A stretch of DNA of 64,000 nucleotides. It comes from an uncultured Acidimicrobiaceae bacterium. GTDB taxonomy: Bacteria > Actinomycetota > Acidimicrobiia > Acidimicrobiales > RAAP-2. Below the pieces are notes generated by a model that was given only the letters and a program-made list of their open reading frames with translations, ran no database searches and had not been told where the DNA came from. Position numbers and translations under genes: made by a program. The stretch spans positions 314,189 through 378,188 of the forward strand of contig CAVTVK010000001.1 of NCBI GenBank assembly GCA_963738135.1, written 5' to 3'. Shown in pieces: positions 25,320 through 35,472 of the stretch (position 1 is the stretch's first letter; every line of letters begins with the position of its first letter).

Positions 25320-26741
25320 CTACGCGCCCGTGCCCAAGTCGCGAAACCGCTCGTACCGCACATCGGCAGCACTCACCCAGGCGGGGTCGGGCTCGATCGT
25401 GCGCCCCACGGCGGACCAGGCGACCGAGCCGTCCAGCGACGGTTCGAGCCCGGCGGCCAGACGGGCGAAGTACGCCGCGCCGAGTGCGGCCCCCTCGGGC
25501 ACGGCGACGGTCTCGACAGGCAGGTTGGTGGCATCGGCCACCGCGGCCATCCACGCCGTCACGCGGGAGCCGCCTCCGCTGGCCACGATCCGCGTGGACT
25601 TGACGCCCGAGCGCTCGAGCATGCGACGGATCACGAACCCGCTCGCCTCGTAGGCGGCACGTTCGAGCGCCTCGGCTCCAGACCCGATGTCCAGACCGTA
25701 GAGATTGGAGCGGAGCGTGTGGTCCTCGAAGGGCGTGCGCTCCCCGCGGACATACGGCAACCAGACGGGCACGCGTCCTGGCTGCCCGAGCCGCGGCTCG
25801 AGGCGCTCGCGGTCCGGCCCGGGACGCGGCGTCCCACGCAACAGTTGTCGGGCCCAGTCCACGAAGAGGGCGCCGGCATTGCTGGGGCCACCCACGAGAT
25901 ACCGGTCCGCCGTCGTGCTGGGGTAACTGATCAGCCCCTCCACGGTCAGCCACTCGTCACACACGGCCCAGCAGATCAGCGTGGCCCCGAAGATCACCAG
26001 GACGTCGCCCGGGTGGACGGCGCCCGACACGATCTGGTCGCAAAGAGCGTCGATGGTGCCCCCGGTGATGATGGTGTCGCTCCCCGGCAGCATGCCCGCC
26101 GCCTGGCCCATGGGCACCACCGTCGGCATCTGCGCCTCGGACACACCCATGGAGCCGAGCAGCTCGGCGTTCCATCCCTTGTGGGTGTGGAGCATTCCCA
26201 AGGAGGCGGTCACGCCGGTGTCGACCGCCGGAATGCCCGAGATCGCGTTGGTAGCCACTGCCTGGCACGGCCAGTACCCCCGGGCGTCGGGCTCTTCGGC
26301 CGAGGCCCAACGGAGGAAGCCCTCGGCGTCGGGCATCGACATCGTTGCCACGTCGCGGGGAGCGTCATCGGTGGCCCGACCTTCGCGGTCCCCATAGAGA
26401 AGTCCGGGCAGCAACGGCACACCCTGCCGGCTGACGGCGGTCATGGAGGGGACCATCGCCGCCACTGCCACGCCGGCGGGAGCGTTCCCCTCCGCCTGCA
26501 GTTGGGCCGTTACCTGCTCGAACGCCTTGCGGGGCCCGGAGCGCCAGGCCCGCTTGGCATCATGGCGCAGCACGTCGGGTTCGGGAGCCATCACGGTGTG
26601 CGGCACCCTGGCGCGGGCCACGACCCGACCGTTCTCGTCGACGGCCAGGGCCTTCACCGACGTGGTGCCCACGTCCACACCCACGGTGACGGGACCTCCG
26701 GATGACTTCACGAATCTGACACGCGTGTCATGATCCGACAT
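25320..26741 (-). CDS. FGGY-family carbohydrate kinase (xylulokinase/gluconokinase-like)
   Basis: ATG 26741, VGVDVGTTSVKALAVD, about 470 aa with the two-domain FGGY layout. Substrate not assignable. Confidence 0.85.
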   Translation of the reverse strand: MSDHDTRVRFVKSSGGPVTVGVDVGTTSVKALAVDENGRVVARARVPHTVMAPEPDVLRHDAKRAWRSGPRKAFEQVTAQLQAEGNAPAGVAVAAMVPSMTAVSRQGVPLLPGLLYGDREGRATDDAPRDVATMSMPDAEGFLRWASAEEPDARGYWPCQAVATNAISGIPAVDTGVTASLGMLHTHKGWNAELLGSMGVSEAQMPTVVPMGQAAGMLPGSDTIITGGTIDALCDQIVSGAVHPGDVLVIFGATLICWAVCDEWLTVEGLISYPSTTADRYLVGGPSNAGALFVDWARQLLRGTPRPGPDRERLEPRLGQPGRVPVWLPYVRGERTPFEDHTLRSNLYGLDIGSGAEALERAAYEASGFVIRRMLERSGVKSTRIVASGGGSRVTAWMAAVADATNLPVETVAVPEGAALGAAYFARLAAGLEPSLDGSVAWSAVGRTIEPDPAWVSAADVRYERFRDLGTGA

Positions 26742-26780
26742 TATGGACGATGTCCGCCCGAGAAGGAGAGTCCGACCGAC

Positions 26781-27764
26781 ATGACAGGTTCCCGCCCCAA
26801 GGCTCTGGTGACCGCCGCCGTGAGCGGTCCCGGCCTCGATTTGCTCCATCAGCTGGCGGATCTCGTGCTCGACTCGTGGCTGGACCAGCCGTCCCTCCGC
26901 ATCTACAACGCCACCCAACTGGCCGAGCGGGCGGCGGCCGAGGGCGCCAACATCGTCATCGTCGAGAGTGACGCCTGCGGTACCGACCTCTACGAGCAGC
27001 CGATCATGGCCGTGTGCAGCTGCCGCGGTGATCCCACCAACGTCGACGTGGCGGCGGCAACCGCTGCCGGGGTCCCCGTCCTGCGTGCTCCGGGACGCAA
27101 CGCGGACGCCGTGGCCGAGCTCGCCGTGGCCCTCCTGTTCGCCGCCACGCGCGGCGTGGTCCCGGCCGACCGCGACGTGCGCGAAGGCGAGATCTACCGG
27201 GACGGAAAGATCCCCTACCAGCGCTACCGGGCCTGGGAGCTCAACGGCCGGACGGTCGGCCTGGTCGGGCTCGGCGCTGTCGGGCGCGCCCTGCGCTGGC
27301 GCCTACGCGGCCTCGGCATGGACGTCCTCGCCTACGACCCGTACGCGCCGGATGCCACCAGTTCCTTCGATGGGCTGCTGGCCCGGTCCGACGTCATTTC
27401 GGTCCATGCCCCCGTGACGGCGGAGACGACGGGGATGATCAACGCCGACGCGTTCGCCAAAATGCGTGACGGCGTCGTCTACCTGAACACTGCCAGAGCC
27501 AAGATCCATGACACGGACGCTCTGGTGGCTGCGCTCGCGTCGGGCAAGGTCGGCGCCGCCGGGCTGGACCACTTCGAGGGCGAGCACCTGGCGACGGACC
27601 ATCCGTTGACCACGTTCCCGCAGGTCGTGCTGACGCCGCACATCGGCGGCGCCACCTACGACACCGAGTCCAACCACACCAGGACGATCGCCGAGGACCT
27701 CTGCCGGCTCATGGCTGGTGCGCGGCCATTGCACATCGTCAACCCCGAGGTCCTCCCTTCCTGA
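26781..27764 (+). CDS. D-isomer-specific 2-hydroxyacid dehydrogenase (PGDH-like)
   Basis: ATG 26781 (RBS gagaaggagag). VGLVGLGAVGRAL NAD motif, LTPHIGGAT. Confidence 0.85.
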   Translation: MTGSRPKALVTAAVSGPGLDLLHQLADLVLDSWLDQPSLRIYNATQLAERAAAEGANIVIVESDACGTDLYEQPIMAVCSCRGDPTNVDVAAATAAGVPVLRAPGRNADAVAELAVALLFAATRGVVPADRDVREGEIYRDGKIPYQRYRAWELNGRTVGLVGLGAVGRALRWRLRGLGMDVLAYDPYAPDATSSFDGLLARSDVISVHAPVTAETTGMINADAFAKMRDGVVYLNTARAKIHDTDALVAALASGKVGAAGLDHFEGEHLATDHPLTTFPQVVLTPHIGGATYDTESNHTRTIAEDLCRLMAGARPLHIVNPEVLPS

Positions 27765-27765
27765 C

Positions 27766-28494
27766 GTGGCGGCGCGTCAACCGACCATCGTCGCCACGTC
27801 CATCGGGTTCCAAGCGGAAGGCCCCGATCCGTCGAACCTGCGGCCCGGCCCCTCGTACCGGCTGGCCGCCGAGCTGGCCCGGGCCGGCACGCACCCCCGC
27901 ATTTGCATCATCGCCACTGCCGTCGGCGACGACGCGTCGCGGCTGGCGGCAGCGCACAACGCCTTCTCCAAGCTGGGGTTCATCAGCTCACACCTCACGC
28001 TGTTCCCCATGCCGAACGTGCCGGATGTCCGTGCCCACCTACTGGCGCAGGACGTCATCTGGGTAGGCGGAGGCAGCACAGCCAATTTGCTGGCGCTGTG
28101 GCGCCTCCACGGCCTCGACGTCGTGCTCCGGGAGTGCTGGGAGGCGGGAGTCGTGCTGAAAGGAGTCTCCGCTGGCTCGCTCTGCTGGCACGTCGGCGGG
28201 ACGACCGATTCCTTCGGCCCGACGTTGGAACCGGTCACCAACGGCCTGGCCTTCCTCCCGTGGTCCAACAGCCCGCACCACGACGTCGAGGAACAGCGAC
28301 GGCCCCTCATCCATCGCCTCATCGCCGAGGGCACGTTGCCGGACGGCTACGCCACCGAGAACGGCACCGGGCTCGTCTTCTTCGGCACCGTGTTGCAGGA
28401 CGCCTTCTCCGAAGTGGAGGGGAAGCTCGCCTACTCGTTGACGAGGGACGGTGCGGTCACCCGCGAGGTGGCACTGGACACCCGGCTGCTCTGA
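27766..28494 (+). CDS. S51-family peptidase (dipeptidase E / cyanophycinase-like)
   Basis: VIWVGGGSTANLL and the nucleophile motif GVSAGSLCW. GTG 27766 is the first start after the upstream stop. Confidence 0.75.
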   Translation: MAARQPTIVATSIGFQAEGPDPSNLRPGPSYRLAAELARAGTHPRICIIATAVGDDASRLAAAHNAFSKLGFISSHLTLFPMPNVPDVRAHLLAQDVIWVGGGSTANLLALWRLHGLDVVLRECWEAGVVLKGVSAGSLCWHVGGTTDSFGPTLEPVTNGLAFLPWSNSPHHDVEEQRRPLIHRLIAEGTLPDGYATENGTGLVFFGTVLQDAFSEVEGKLAYSLTRDGAVTREVALDTRLL

Positions 28495-29687
28495 GCGTCG
28501 TCGTCCCGTCGCATCTCGACAGTCTTCTGCTTGAGACGCCCACGAACATGCCACGCCGCCTGCGCCGCGCGGCCTCGTACAGATCGTTGATTGAAGGCCA
28601 GAATTCGATAGGTCGGCTCGCGAACCATTCCCCAGCGCTGATGCCAGTCCTGCCACACCGTACAGTCGATGCGGTCAATGTCAGGGTTCTCGCAGCATGC
28701 CTCGACCAGGTCGGCCATCAGCACGTTCCCGGGCGACAGGCGACCGAGTTGCTCGTCGTAGGCGACCTTCATGAGCACGAGGGACCTGTCACATGTCACG
28801 CAGATCTGCGATGCGACAACACGGCCATCGACGAGCAGCGAGCGAATCTGCGCGCTCTCCGTCGTCCGGAGATAATGACCCAGCACATCCCGCCACTCCT
28901 GCCGATGCGCGAGCGCATCCCCCTCCACGCCCTTCCACCCGGATGCTTCCAGCGCAACCCACTGTGCGAAGGCTGTCGGCACCTCGGATCCTGTCGACAC
29001 AATCACTTCGCTGCCCCCGGAGGCCGCAATCCGTCTCCGCGCCTTTCGCACAGAGTCGCGCATGTTCTTGGGGAGGGACTTCCGCCATTCCTCGCCTCCA
29101 CGGCGGGTGTCGAGGATCCCCACACCGCCGTCGGGTTCCTCCTGCACCCAACCCTTGCTCGCTACGAGCTCGACCCAGGGCGATCCGATCCGGCGGGACT
29201 TGATGTCCACGACATCCCATGCGCCCGCGACTCTGAGGAGGTCATCCACGTCGATGGTCGGGGTGGTGTCGGCATGAGCGCCGAGCAGACAGTCCGCAAA
29301 CGGATATCCCATATCCCCAAGGCGAACCTCGGACAGGACTCTCAAGCTCAGCCCTGCTCGTGTGAGGCGGAGGCGTTGCAGGACCGACACCGCCGCCGGC
29401 TGGTCTGACTCCATCACGACGACCCACGCCACGTCTTCGTCGACCAGCGTGGCAATCCCGTCCATCCACACCAAACCTTGAAAGAAGTAGCGGGCGTCTC
29501 CGTCAAGCTGTTGCCACGCCCAACGAACGCCCTCAAACCCGCTGCGTTGCGCCTCAGTGACTTTCACAATCGCCGGACTCCGAAGCCCCTCACGATCATC
29601 ATGGATCCCTCCGATCTCAGATAGAGAAGGGGCGCTCACCGTTGCGCACCGGCAGGATGACGCTGGCGCGAACAGCTTCCTCCACAT
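28431..29687 (-). CDS. GNAT-fold protein of the CelD/BioF2-like (Acetyltransf_6, FemAB-related) type
   Basis: 418 aa. The C-terminal half (WVALEASGWKG...LLVDGRVVASQICVTCDRSLVLMKVAYDEQLGRLSPGNVL) resembles CelD-like proteins. Paralogue of the next gene. Start uncertain. Confidence 0.65.
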   Translation of the reverse strand: MWRKLFAPASSCRCATVSAPSLSEIGGIHDDREGLRSPAIVKVTEAQRSGFEGVRWAWQQLDGDARYFFQGLVWMDGIATLVDEDVAWVVVMESDQPAAVSVLQRLRLTRAGLSLRVLSEVRLGDMGYPFADCLLGAHADTTPTIDVDDLLRVAGAWDVVDIKSRRIGSPWVELVASKGWVQEEPDGGVGILDTRRGGEEWRKSLPKNMRDSVRKARRRIAASGGSEVIVSTGSEVPTAFAQWVALEASGWKGVEGDALAHRQEWRDVLGHYLRTTESAQIRSLLVDGRVVASQICVTCDRSLVLMKVAYDEQLGRLSPGNVLMADLVEACCENPDIDRIDCTVWQDWHQRWGMVREPTYRILAFNQRSVRGRAAQAAWHVRGRLKQKTVEMRRDDDAQSSRVSSATSRVTAPSLVNE

Positions 29688-30842
29688 TCACTCTGAAGCT
29701 CCGATGGGCGCGGCGCTGTCTCCATCGACGTCTGCGTCGGCGCTCGGCGAAGGCTCGGCGGCGGCTTGCAGCAATCGGGCGAGCCGGGTCCTGCACCACG
29801 TCACCGATTCGAGTGGGAGTGTCGCGTCCTTAAACGTCTCCTTGTACGGCTCGTCGCCCACGCCCAGGTCGAGGGTCTCGCATCCGGCGCGGGCCCCGGC
29901 GTCGAGCGCCTCCAGCAGCGTGGCGATCCCAGTGCCCAGCCGAGACCACTCGGGCGCGGGGTCATATCCCGTCATCCAACTGCTCATTCTCATGCCGGCC
30001 CGAAGGACGAACTGCATGCCGATGATCAGATCGTCGCGCTCAAGCACGGATAGCCCGAACCGGCCGGGGATCGAGAGTTCGAGTGCGCTTTCGATCGCAT
30101 TGCTCATGCCGTCATCGAACTGGTAGCCCTCACCTCCCCGTTCCGCCTTGCGCCGCAGGTAGAACGCCTGCAGGCGAGGGAGCCGCTGCGCAATCTCGGC
30201 TGGTTCGACCGTCGTGAATATCCGGAACCCTCGCTCCGCGCTGCGCCGTGCCCGCCGCCTGACCTCTCGGCGGAAATCCCCGTCGCGCTGCGCGAGCCAC
30301 CCGTCAACCCCCTCGGAGATGTCCGTGTAGTAGGAGCTATACCGCGATTGTGCTGTGGTGACCCAGTCGGGTCCGGCGAGACGGCCGCCGAAGGCTGCTG
30401 TCCATGGCGAGCCCTCGTGCAGCCAAAAGATGCTGGCCATGTCGACCAGGTCCGCCTGGGCGGTGAAATCGTCGGCGATCGCAGCAACCACCTGGTCGGC
30501 CCGGTCCGGATCCGCGATCGGAATGGCGCCGTACATCATGTCCGTTGCAGGAGGGAGAAGCCGGAACCGCTTGCGCGCCATCTTCTCGGCAACGAAGGGA
30601 AGCACACCGACGACCTCCGAGCCATCGAGCGCGATCCAGATGCGCAACTCCGAATCGTCGCCCATCATGTGCTGAGCCCACGCCGCCACGATGGCTCCGC
30701 CAGCGCGAGGCTGCGACACCCGATCAGCAAGCGCCTCCCATCCGCTGACGTAGGGCAGCAATTGCTCAGCGCTCGTAGCCAAATCGATGTCCACGCGAGC
30801 CCTCAGTATAGGGATGGCGCTTCGCAGGAAGCGGCAACGCAC
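29688..30842 (-). CDS. GNAT-fold protein of the CelD/BioF2-like type
   Basis: 384 aa: LQAFYLRRKAERGGEGYQF...LERDDLIIGMQFVLRAGMRMSSWMTGYDPAPEWSRLGTGIATL. Abuts the downstream paralogue with no gap. Confidence 0.65.
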   Translation of the reverse strand: MRCRFLRSAIPILRARVDIDLATSAEQLLPYVSGWEALADRVSQPRAGGAIVAAWAQHMMGDDSELRIWIALDGSEVVGVLPFVAEKMARKRFRLLPPATDMMYGAIPIADPDRADQVVAAIADDFTAQADLVDMASIFWLHEGSPWTAAFGGRLAGPDWVTTAQSRYSSYYTDISEGVDGWLAQRDGDFRREVRRRARRSAERGFRIFTTVEPAEIAQRLPRLQAFYLRRKAERGGEGYQFDDGMSNAIESALELSIPGRFGLSVLERDDLIIGMQFVLRAGMRMSSWMTGYDPAPEWSRLGTGIATLLEALDAGARAGCETLDLGVGDEPYKETFKDATLPLESVTWCRTRLARLLQAAAEPSPSADADVDGDSAAPIGASE

Positions 30843-30956
30843 AACGTTCGCATCACTGGGCCCACGGCACGTCGCGGACCATGTTGCCCATTGCGGTGTA
30901 GGACGGTGTTGGCCCGCGAGACCGATCTCGCGGTGTGCCGAGACGGTGCCCCGCCG

Positions 30957-32702
30957 TCAGGTACGGGCACCGGCCCAGTCCGAACCGGCGTGCACGGTGT
31001 CCGTGTCGCGGCCCGAGCGCAACACCCGTCCGGGAACCGCGCCGGTGAAGGCCCCGCCGCGTACGATCTCGGTCCCGTTCACGAGGACGTGACCGACACC
31101 CACTGCGTCGGCGTAGAGGCGGCTGGCCCCACCCGGCAGGTCGTCACGCGTCCGCACGGCGCTGTGGCCGATCGTGGTCGGGTCCAGCACCACCACATCG
31201 GCGTAGTGACCGGCCGCGAGACGGCCTCTGTCGCGCAACCCGTAGAGGCGGGCCGGCACGTCGGTCAGCAACCGCACCGCTTGCTCCCAGCTGAGCAGGT
31301 CACGCGCCCGGACCCCGTCGCCCAACATGGAAGTCGAATAGATCGCACCGCACATCGTGTCGAGATGCGCACCGGCATCGGAGCCGCCGACGATCGCCCG
31401 GGGGTCCTGCCAGACCTCGGCGCGCAGCGCCCAGTCCTGCTCGGACTCGCCGATGGGAGGCCGGAGGCCCGTGCGGAGCTGGTCGGCCACGACAATGTCG
31501 AGAAGGGCGTCAAAGGGCTCGACGCCGCGTTCGTGCGCCACCTCTCCCACGCTGCGGCCCTCGGCGTCGGCGTTCTCCGGGGCAAAGGTCTCGTCGATGA
31601 TCAGGCGGTCCCACACGGCGAGGTGCCGCAAGATCCCGGCCTCGTCGGACTGTGCTCCGGCGTCGAGGCGGCGACGGGTCGCGGGGTCCGAGAGCGCCGC
31701 CATGCGCTCGACCACTGGGAGCGCGAAGACCTCACGCCATCCGGGCAGGCCGTCGAGGATGGCACCGTGCTCGAAGCTCAGCCGCAGTTGCATGGTGTGG
31801 GGCAGCGTCAATGCGACCACTGTCGCCCCCCGTGCGGTGGCCGCTGTCCCGGCGGCCAGTTGGCCCCACGCCCCATCGGGGTTCATGGCCGAGACGCCCA
31901 GCACGTTCCAGTTGACCGGGCGATCCGCCAGGAGCGACATGGTGGAGAGGAAGTCGATGTCCGCCTCGCTGAAGCCGTTCAGGCAGCCCGCCACGATGAG
32001 CTCGACCGTGGTGCCCTCATGCTGGCGGACCACTGCGGCCAGGCGTTCCATCTCGGCGCGGGCGGCGGCGCGTGAGGGCACCGGCTGGCCGTCACCGTCG
32101 TTGTGCGTGTGGACCTGGGAGGTCGAGAAACCGAGCGCCCCTTCCCGTAAGGCCGCGTGCAGGGCCGCCTCCATGGCCTCGAGGTCGCTGGCGTCGGCTC
32201 CGCCCCCGACGGCACGTTCCCCCATGACGAGGCGGCGCAGCGTCGAGTGCCCGACCAGGAAGCCGGCGTTCACGGCAATGCGGCCGTCCAACCGTCCGAG
32301 CCACTCTCCAAAGGAGCCCCAGTCCCAGGGCAAACCCGCCCGCAACGCCGCCAACGGCATGCCCTCGACCCGCGCCATCATCCGCGAGATGTAGTCGACG
32401 TGCTCCGGAGCCATGGGCGCCAGGGAGAAGCCACAGTTGCCGCCCAGGACGGTGGTCACGCCGTGCAAGGGCGATGGGCTCGCGGTGGGGTCCCAGAAGA
32501 GCTGGGCGTCGTAGTGCGTGTGCAGGTCCACGAAACCCGGCGTGACCAACATGTCGCTGGCATCGATCACCGTGTCCGCGTCTGCGGTGTCCACGCAGCG
32601 GCCGACGGCTGCAATCCGCTCCCCGTCGATGAGCACGTCGCCTCGAACCGCCGGTGCGCCCGTCCCGTCGACGACCGTGCCGCCCCGGATGGCAACCCTC
32701 AT
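30957..32702 (-). CDS. N-acyl-D-amino-acid deacylase (D-aminoacylase) family amidohydrolase
   Basis: ATG 32702 (ATGA overlap with the ALDH stop). MRVAIRGGTVVDG...PGFVDLHTHYD...GVTTVLGGNCG. The 935-aa ORF in the track is an over-extension. Confidence 0.85.
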   Translation of the reverse strand: MRVAIRGGTVVDGTGAPAVRGDVLIDGERIAAVGRCVDTADADTVIDASDMLVTPGFVDLHTHYDAQLFWDPTASPSPLHGVTTVLGGNCGFSLAPMAPEHVDYISRMMARVEGMPLAALRAGLPWDWGSFGEWLGRLDGRIAVNAGFLVGHSTLRRLVMGERAVGGGADASDLEAMEAALHAALREGALGFSTSQVHTHNDGDGQPVPSRAAARAEMERLAAVVRQHEGTTVELIVAGCLNGFSEADIDFLSTMSLLADRPVNWNVLGVSAMNPDGAWGQLAAGTAATARGATVVALTLPHTMQLRLSFEHGAILDGLPGWREVFALPVVERMAALSDPATRRRLDAGAQSDEAGILRHLAVWDRLIIDETFAPENADAEGRSVGEVAHERGVEPFDALLDIVVADQLRTGLRPPIGESEQDWALRAEVWQDPRAIVGGSDAGAHLDTMCGAIYSTSMLGDGVRARDLLSWEQAVRLLTDVPARLYGLRDRGRLAAGHYADVVVLDPTTIGHSAVRTRDDLPGGASRLYADAVGVGHVLVNGTEIVRGGAFTGAVPGRVLRSGRDTDTVHAGSDWAGART

Positions 32703-34192
32703 GCCGACTCCCCCTGCTCCGCCGGGCCGGGTCGGACCACGCGCACGCGCTGGCGGGCGAAGGCCTGCATACCCTCGGTGCCCAGCTCGACGCCGAATCC
32801 CGACTGCTTCCAGCCTCCCATCGGCGCGTACATGTCGATGGCCGACATGCCGTGGGCGTTGACGAAGACCGTCCCCGCCGAGAGCTGCGAAGCCACGTCC
32901 GCGGCCAGCGCGTCGTCGTTGCTCCATATCGACGCGCACAAGCCGAAGGTGGTGTCGTTCGCCGCAGCGAGCGCGTCGTCGATGTCGTCGTAGGGGATGA
33001 CCGGCAGGGCCGGGGCGAATTGCTCTTGACGCACGATGCCGGCATCTGATGGCGGAGCCACGACGAGCGCCGGCGACACGAAATAGCCGCCGGATCCCTC
33101 GTCTTCGGGTCGCATCCGCCCCGGCCGCACGAGCACGGCCCCCGCCGCGGCGGCCTCCGAAACCAACGCATCGACACGGTCGCGTGCAGCAGCCGTGTGG
33201 ACCGGTCCCATCGTCACCCCGTCGGCCAGCCCATCCCCCACCAACTCCGTCGCCAGCCGGCCCGCCAGCGCGTCCACCGTCTCGTCCAACCTGTCCCGGT
33301 GGACGTAGAGCCGCTTGATGGCCATGCACACCTGTCCGCTCGTGACGAAGGCGGCCTCCACAATGCGGTCGGCCAGCGCGGCGTCGCCGCGCACGTCCGG
33401 CGCCAGGATGGCCGCGTCGTTGCCACCGAGCTCCAGGACGACGGGCCGCGTGGCCGCCGCCGCCGCGGCCATGACCGCCTGACCGGTACCCACCCCCCCG
33501 GTGAAGGAGACCATGTCGACGTCTGGATGCCCGACCAGTGCGGCGCCGAGCGCGGCATCGGGGCCGTTGACGACGTTGAGGACGCCGGGCGGGAGCGACT
33601 CGGCCATCGCCGCCGCGACCAGGAGCACCGTGGCCGGGCAGGAAGGTGGGGCCTTCACCACCACGGTGTCGCCGACCAGCAGCGCCGGCAGCACCTTGTT
33701 CCCCATGACCGAGACGGGCCAGTTGAAGGGCAGAACGGCGGCCACCACGCCGTGCGGGACCCACTCGATCCGGGTGGCGCCGCCCCCCAGGTCACGCGGT
33801 GCGAGAGCCTCGGCGACCAGCGGCGCAAACGCAGCCGCCATGCCACCCATGGTGGCGGTGTCGAAGATGGACTCGAGATGCGTCTTCCCGTGCTCTCGGG
33901 TGAGAAGGCGCGCCAGGTCCCGGCGCTCGACGGCGGTCACACCCGCCTGGGCGGCCGCGATGACCCGGGCCGCCCGGTCCTCGGGCTCCAGTGCAGCCCA
34001 GGCGCGCTGGGATCGGCGGGCGGCGGCCACGGCGAGGTCCAGCTGGGCCGGCGTGGTGGACGGGGCGTCGAGCACGACCTCGGCCGGACGGGCGGGGTTC
34101 GTGACGGGATAGGTGCCGGCACCGCCGGCGACCACCTCGCCGTCGATGAGCAGGCCAACGCCGGTGATGACGTCGTCGATCTGTGCGGTCAT
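32699..34192 (-). CDS. NAD(P)-dependent aldehyde dehydrogenase
   Basis: ATG 34192. FTGGVGTG, VVLELGGNDAAIL, FVTSGQVCMA (catalytic Cys). Confidence 0.9.
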   Translation of the reverse strand: MTAQIDDVITGVGLLIDGEVVAGGAGTYPVTNPARPAEVVLDAPSTTPAQLDLAVAAARRSQRAWAALEPEDRAARVIAAAQAGVTAVERRDLARLLTREHGKTHLESIFDTATMGGMAAAFAPLVAEALAPRDLGGGATRIEWVPHGVVAAVLPFNWPVSVMGNKVLPALLVGDTVVVKAPPSCPATVLLVAAAMAESLPPGVLNVVNGPDAALGAALVGHPDVDMVSFTGGVGTGQAVMAAAAAATRPVVLELGGNDAAILAPDVRGDAALADRIVEAAFVTSGQVCMAIKRLYVHRDRLDETVDALAGRLATELVGDGLADGVTMGPVHTAAARDRVDALVSEAAAAGAVLVRPGRMRPEDEGSGGYFVSPALVVAPPSDAGIVRQEQFAPALPVIPYDDIDDALAAANDTTFGLCASIWSNDDALAADVASQLSAGTVFVNAHGMSAIDMYAPMGGWKQSGFGVELGTEGMQAFARQRVRVVRPGPAEQGESA

Positions 34193-34239
34193 GTGCCCCC
34201 CGGGCCGGACATCGGTGCTGACGATAGTGTCACCTTCTC

Positions 34240-35472
34240 GTGGGAACCGTCGAGAGCAGTCCCTCATCCGGCGGGGCCACGCTGCTCCCCGACCCCGAGC
34301 CCAGGCCGATCCACGTGCCGGTGATCTCGGTCGACGACCACCTCATCGAGCCCCCCGACCTCTTCGAGGATCGACTGCCGGCCGCGCTGGCCGCGGACGC
34401 ACCCAGGGTGATCGAGCAGGACGATGGGACCCAGACCTGGATCTTCGAGGGACGTCAGTATCCCAACGTCGGGCTCAACGCCGTCGTCGGTCGGCCGCGG
34501 GCCGAGTGGAGCATGGAACCGGCCCGCTTCGACGAGATGCGGCCGGGCTGCTTCGACATCGACGCCCGCATCGACGACATGGACCGTGCCGGCATCTGGG
34601 CCTCGCTGTGCTTCCCGTCGCTCGTCTCGGGATTCTGCGGTGCGGTCTACTCGCGGGCAGAGGACAAGGCCCTCGGTCTCGCCTGCATGCGCGCCTTCAA
34701 CGATTGGCACCTCGAGGTGTGGGCCGGAACATATCCCGACCGCATCATCCCGTTGCAACTGCCCTGGCTGGCCGACCCGGCGGTGGCGGCCGCCGAGGTG
34801 CGCACCAACGCTGCCCGGGGCTTCAAGGCGGTCAGTTTCCCGGAGTTCCCGGCTCAACTGCAGCTGCCCTCCATCTTCAGCGGCGCGTGGGACCCCTTCT
34901 TTGCTGCGTGCGAGGAGACGGCAACTGTCGTCTGCCTGCACACCGGCGCGTCCTCCTGGGCCCCCCTGCCTTCGCCGGACCCGCCGTTCGAGTTGTTGCC
35001 CACCCTGTTCCCTGTCAATGCGCTCCTCGCAGCCGGAGAATGGCTGTGGTCCGGCGTCCCCCTGCGTTTCCCCGGACTCCAGGTGGCACTGTCCGAAGGC
35101 GGTATCGGGTGGGTGCCGATGCTCATGGACCGGGCCGACTACGTCCTCGGCCATTCGGCGTCGGGAACCGAGAGCACCGCCTGGCCCTCGGACCTCCTGC
35201 CGAGCGAGGTGCTGAAGCGCAACTTCTGGTTCTGCTCCATCGACGACCCGTCCGCGGTGGCGCAGCGCTACGTCATCGGACTCGACCACATCATGGTGGA
35301 GAGCGACTACCCCCACGCCGATTCCTCGTGGCCGGACACCCAGCTGGTGCTGGCCGCGACCTGGGGGGCGCTGTCTGACGACGAACTGCGGGCCGTGGCC
35401 GGCGGCAACGCCAGCCGCCTGTTCCGCCACCGGCTCCCATTGGTCGACGACTGGCGCACCCCAACGGCGTGA
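34240..35472 (+). CDS. amidohydrolase-2 (ACMSD-like metal-dependent hydrolase/decarboxylase) family protein
   Basis: VISVDDHLIEPP, FNDWHLE, MVESDYPHADS. Confidence 0.8.
   Translation: MGTVESSPSSGGATLLPDPEPRPIHVPVISVDDHLIEPPDLFEDRLPAALAADAPRVIEQDDGTQTWIFEGRQYPNVGLNAVVGRPRAEWSMEPARFDEMRPGCFDIDARIDDMDRAGIWASLCFPSLVSGFCGAVYSRAEDKALGLACMRAFNDWHLEVWAGTYPDRIIPLQLPWLADPAVAAAEVRTNAARGFKAVSFPEFPAQLQLPSIFSGAWDPFFAACEETATVVCLHTGASSWAPLPSPDPPFELLPTLFPVNALLAAGEWLWSGVPLRFPGLQVALSEGGIGWVPMLMDRADYVLGHSASGTESTAWPSDLLPSEVLKRNFWFCSIDDPSAVAQRYVIGLDHIMVESDYPHADSSWPDTQLVLAATWGALSDDELRAVAGGNASRLFRHRLPLVDDWRTPTA

Noticed and set aside
30957-33764. 935-aa ORF suggesting a giant protein
   Set aside because: Only the C-terminal 581 aa (from ATG 32702) are D-aminoacylase-like. 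The N-terminal ~350 aa are an Arg/Gly-rich alternative-frame reading of the aldehyde dehydrogenase gene, whose own frame (32699..34192) has canonical ALDH motifs.
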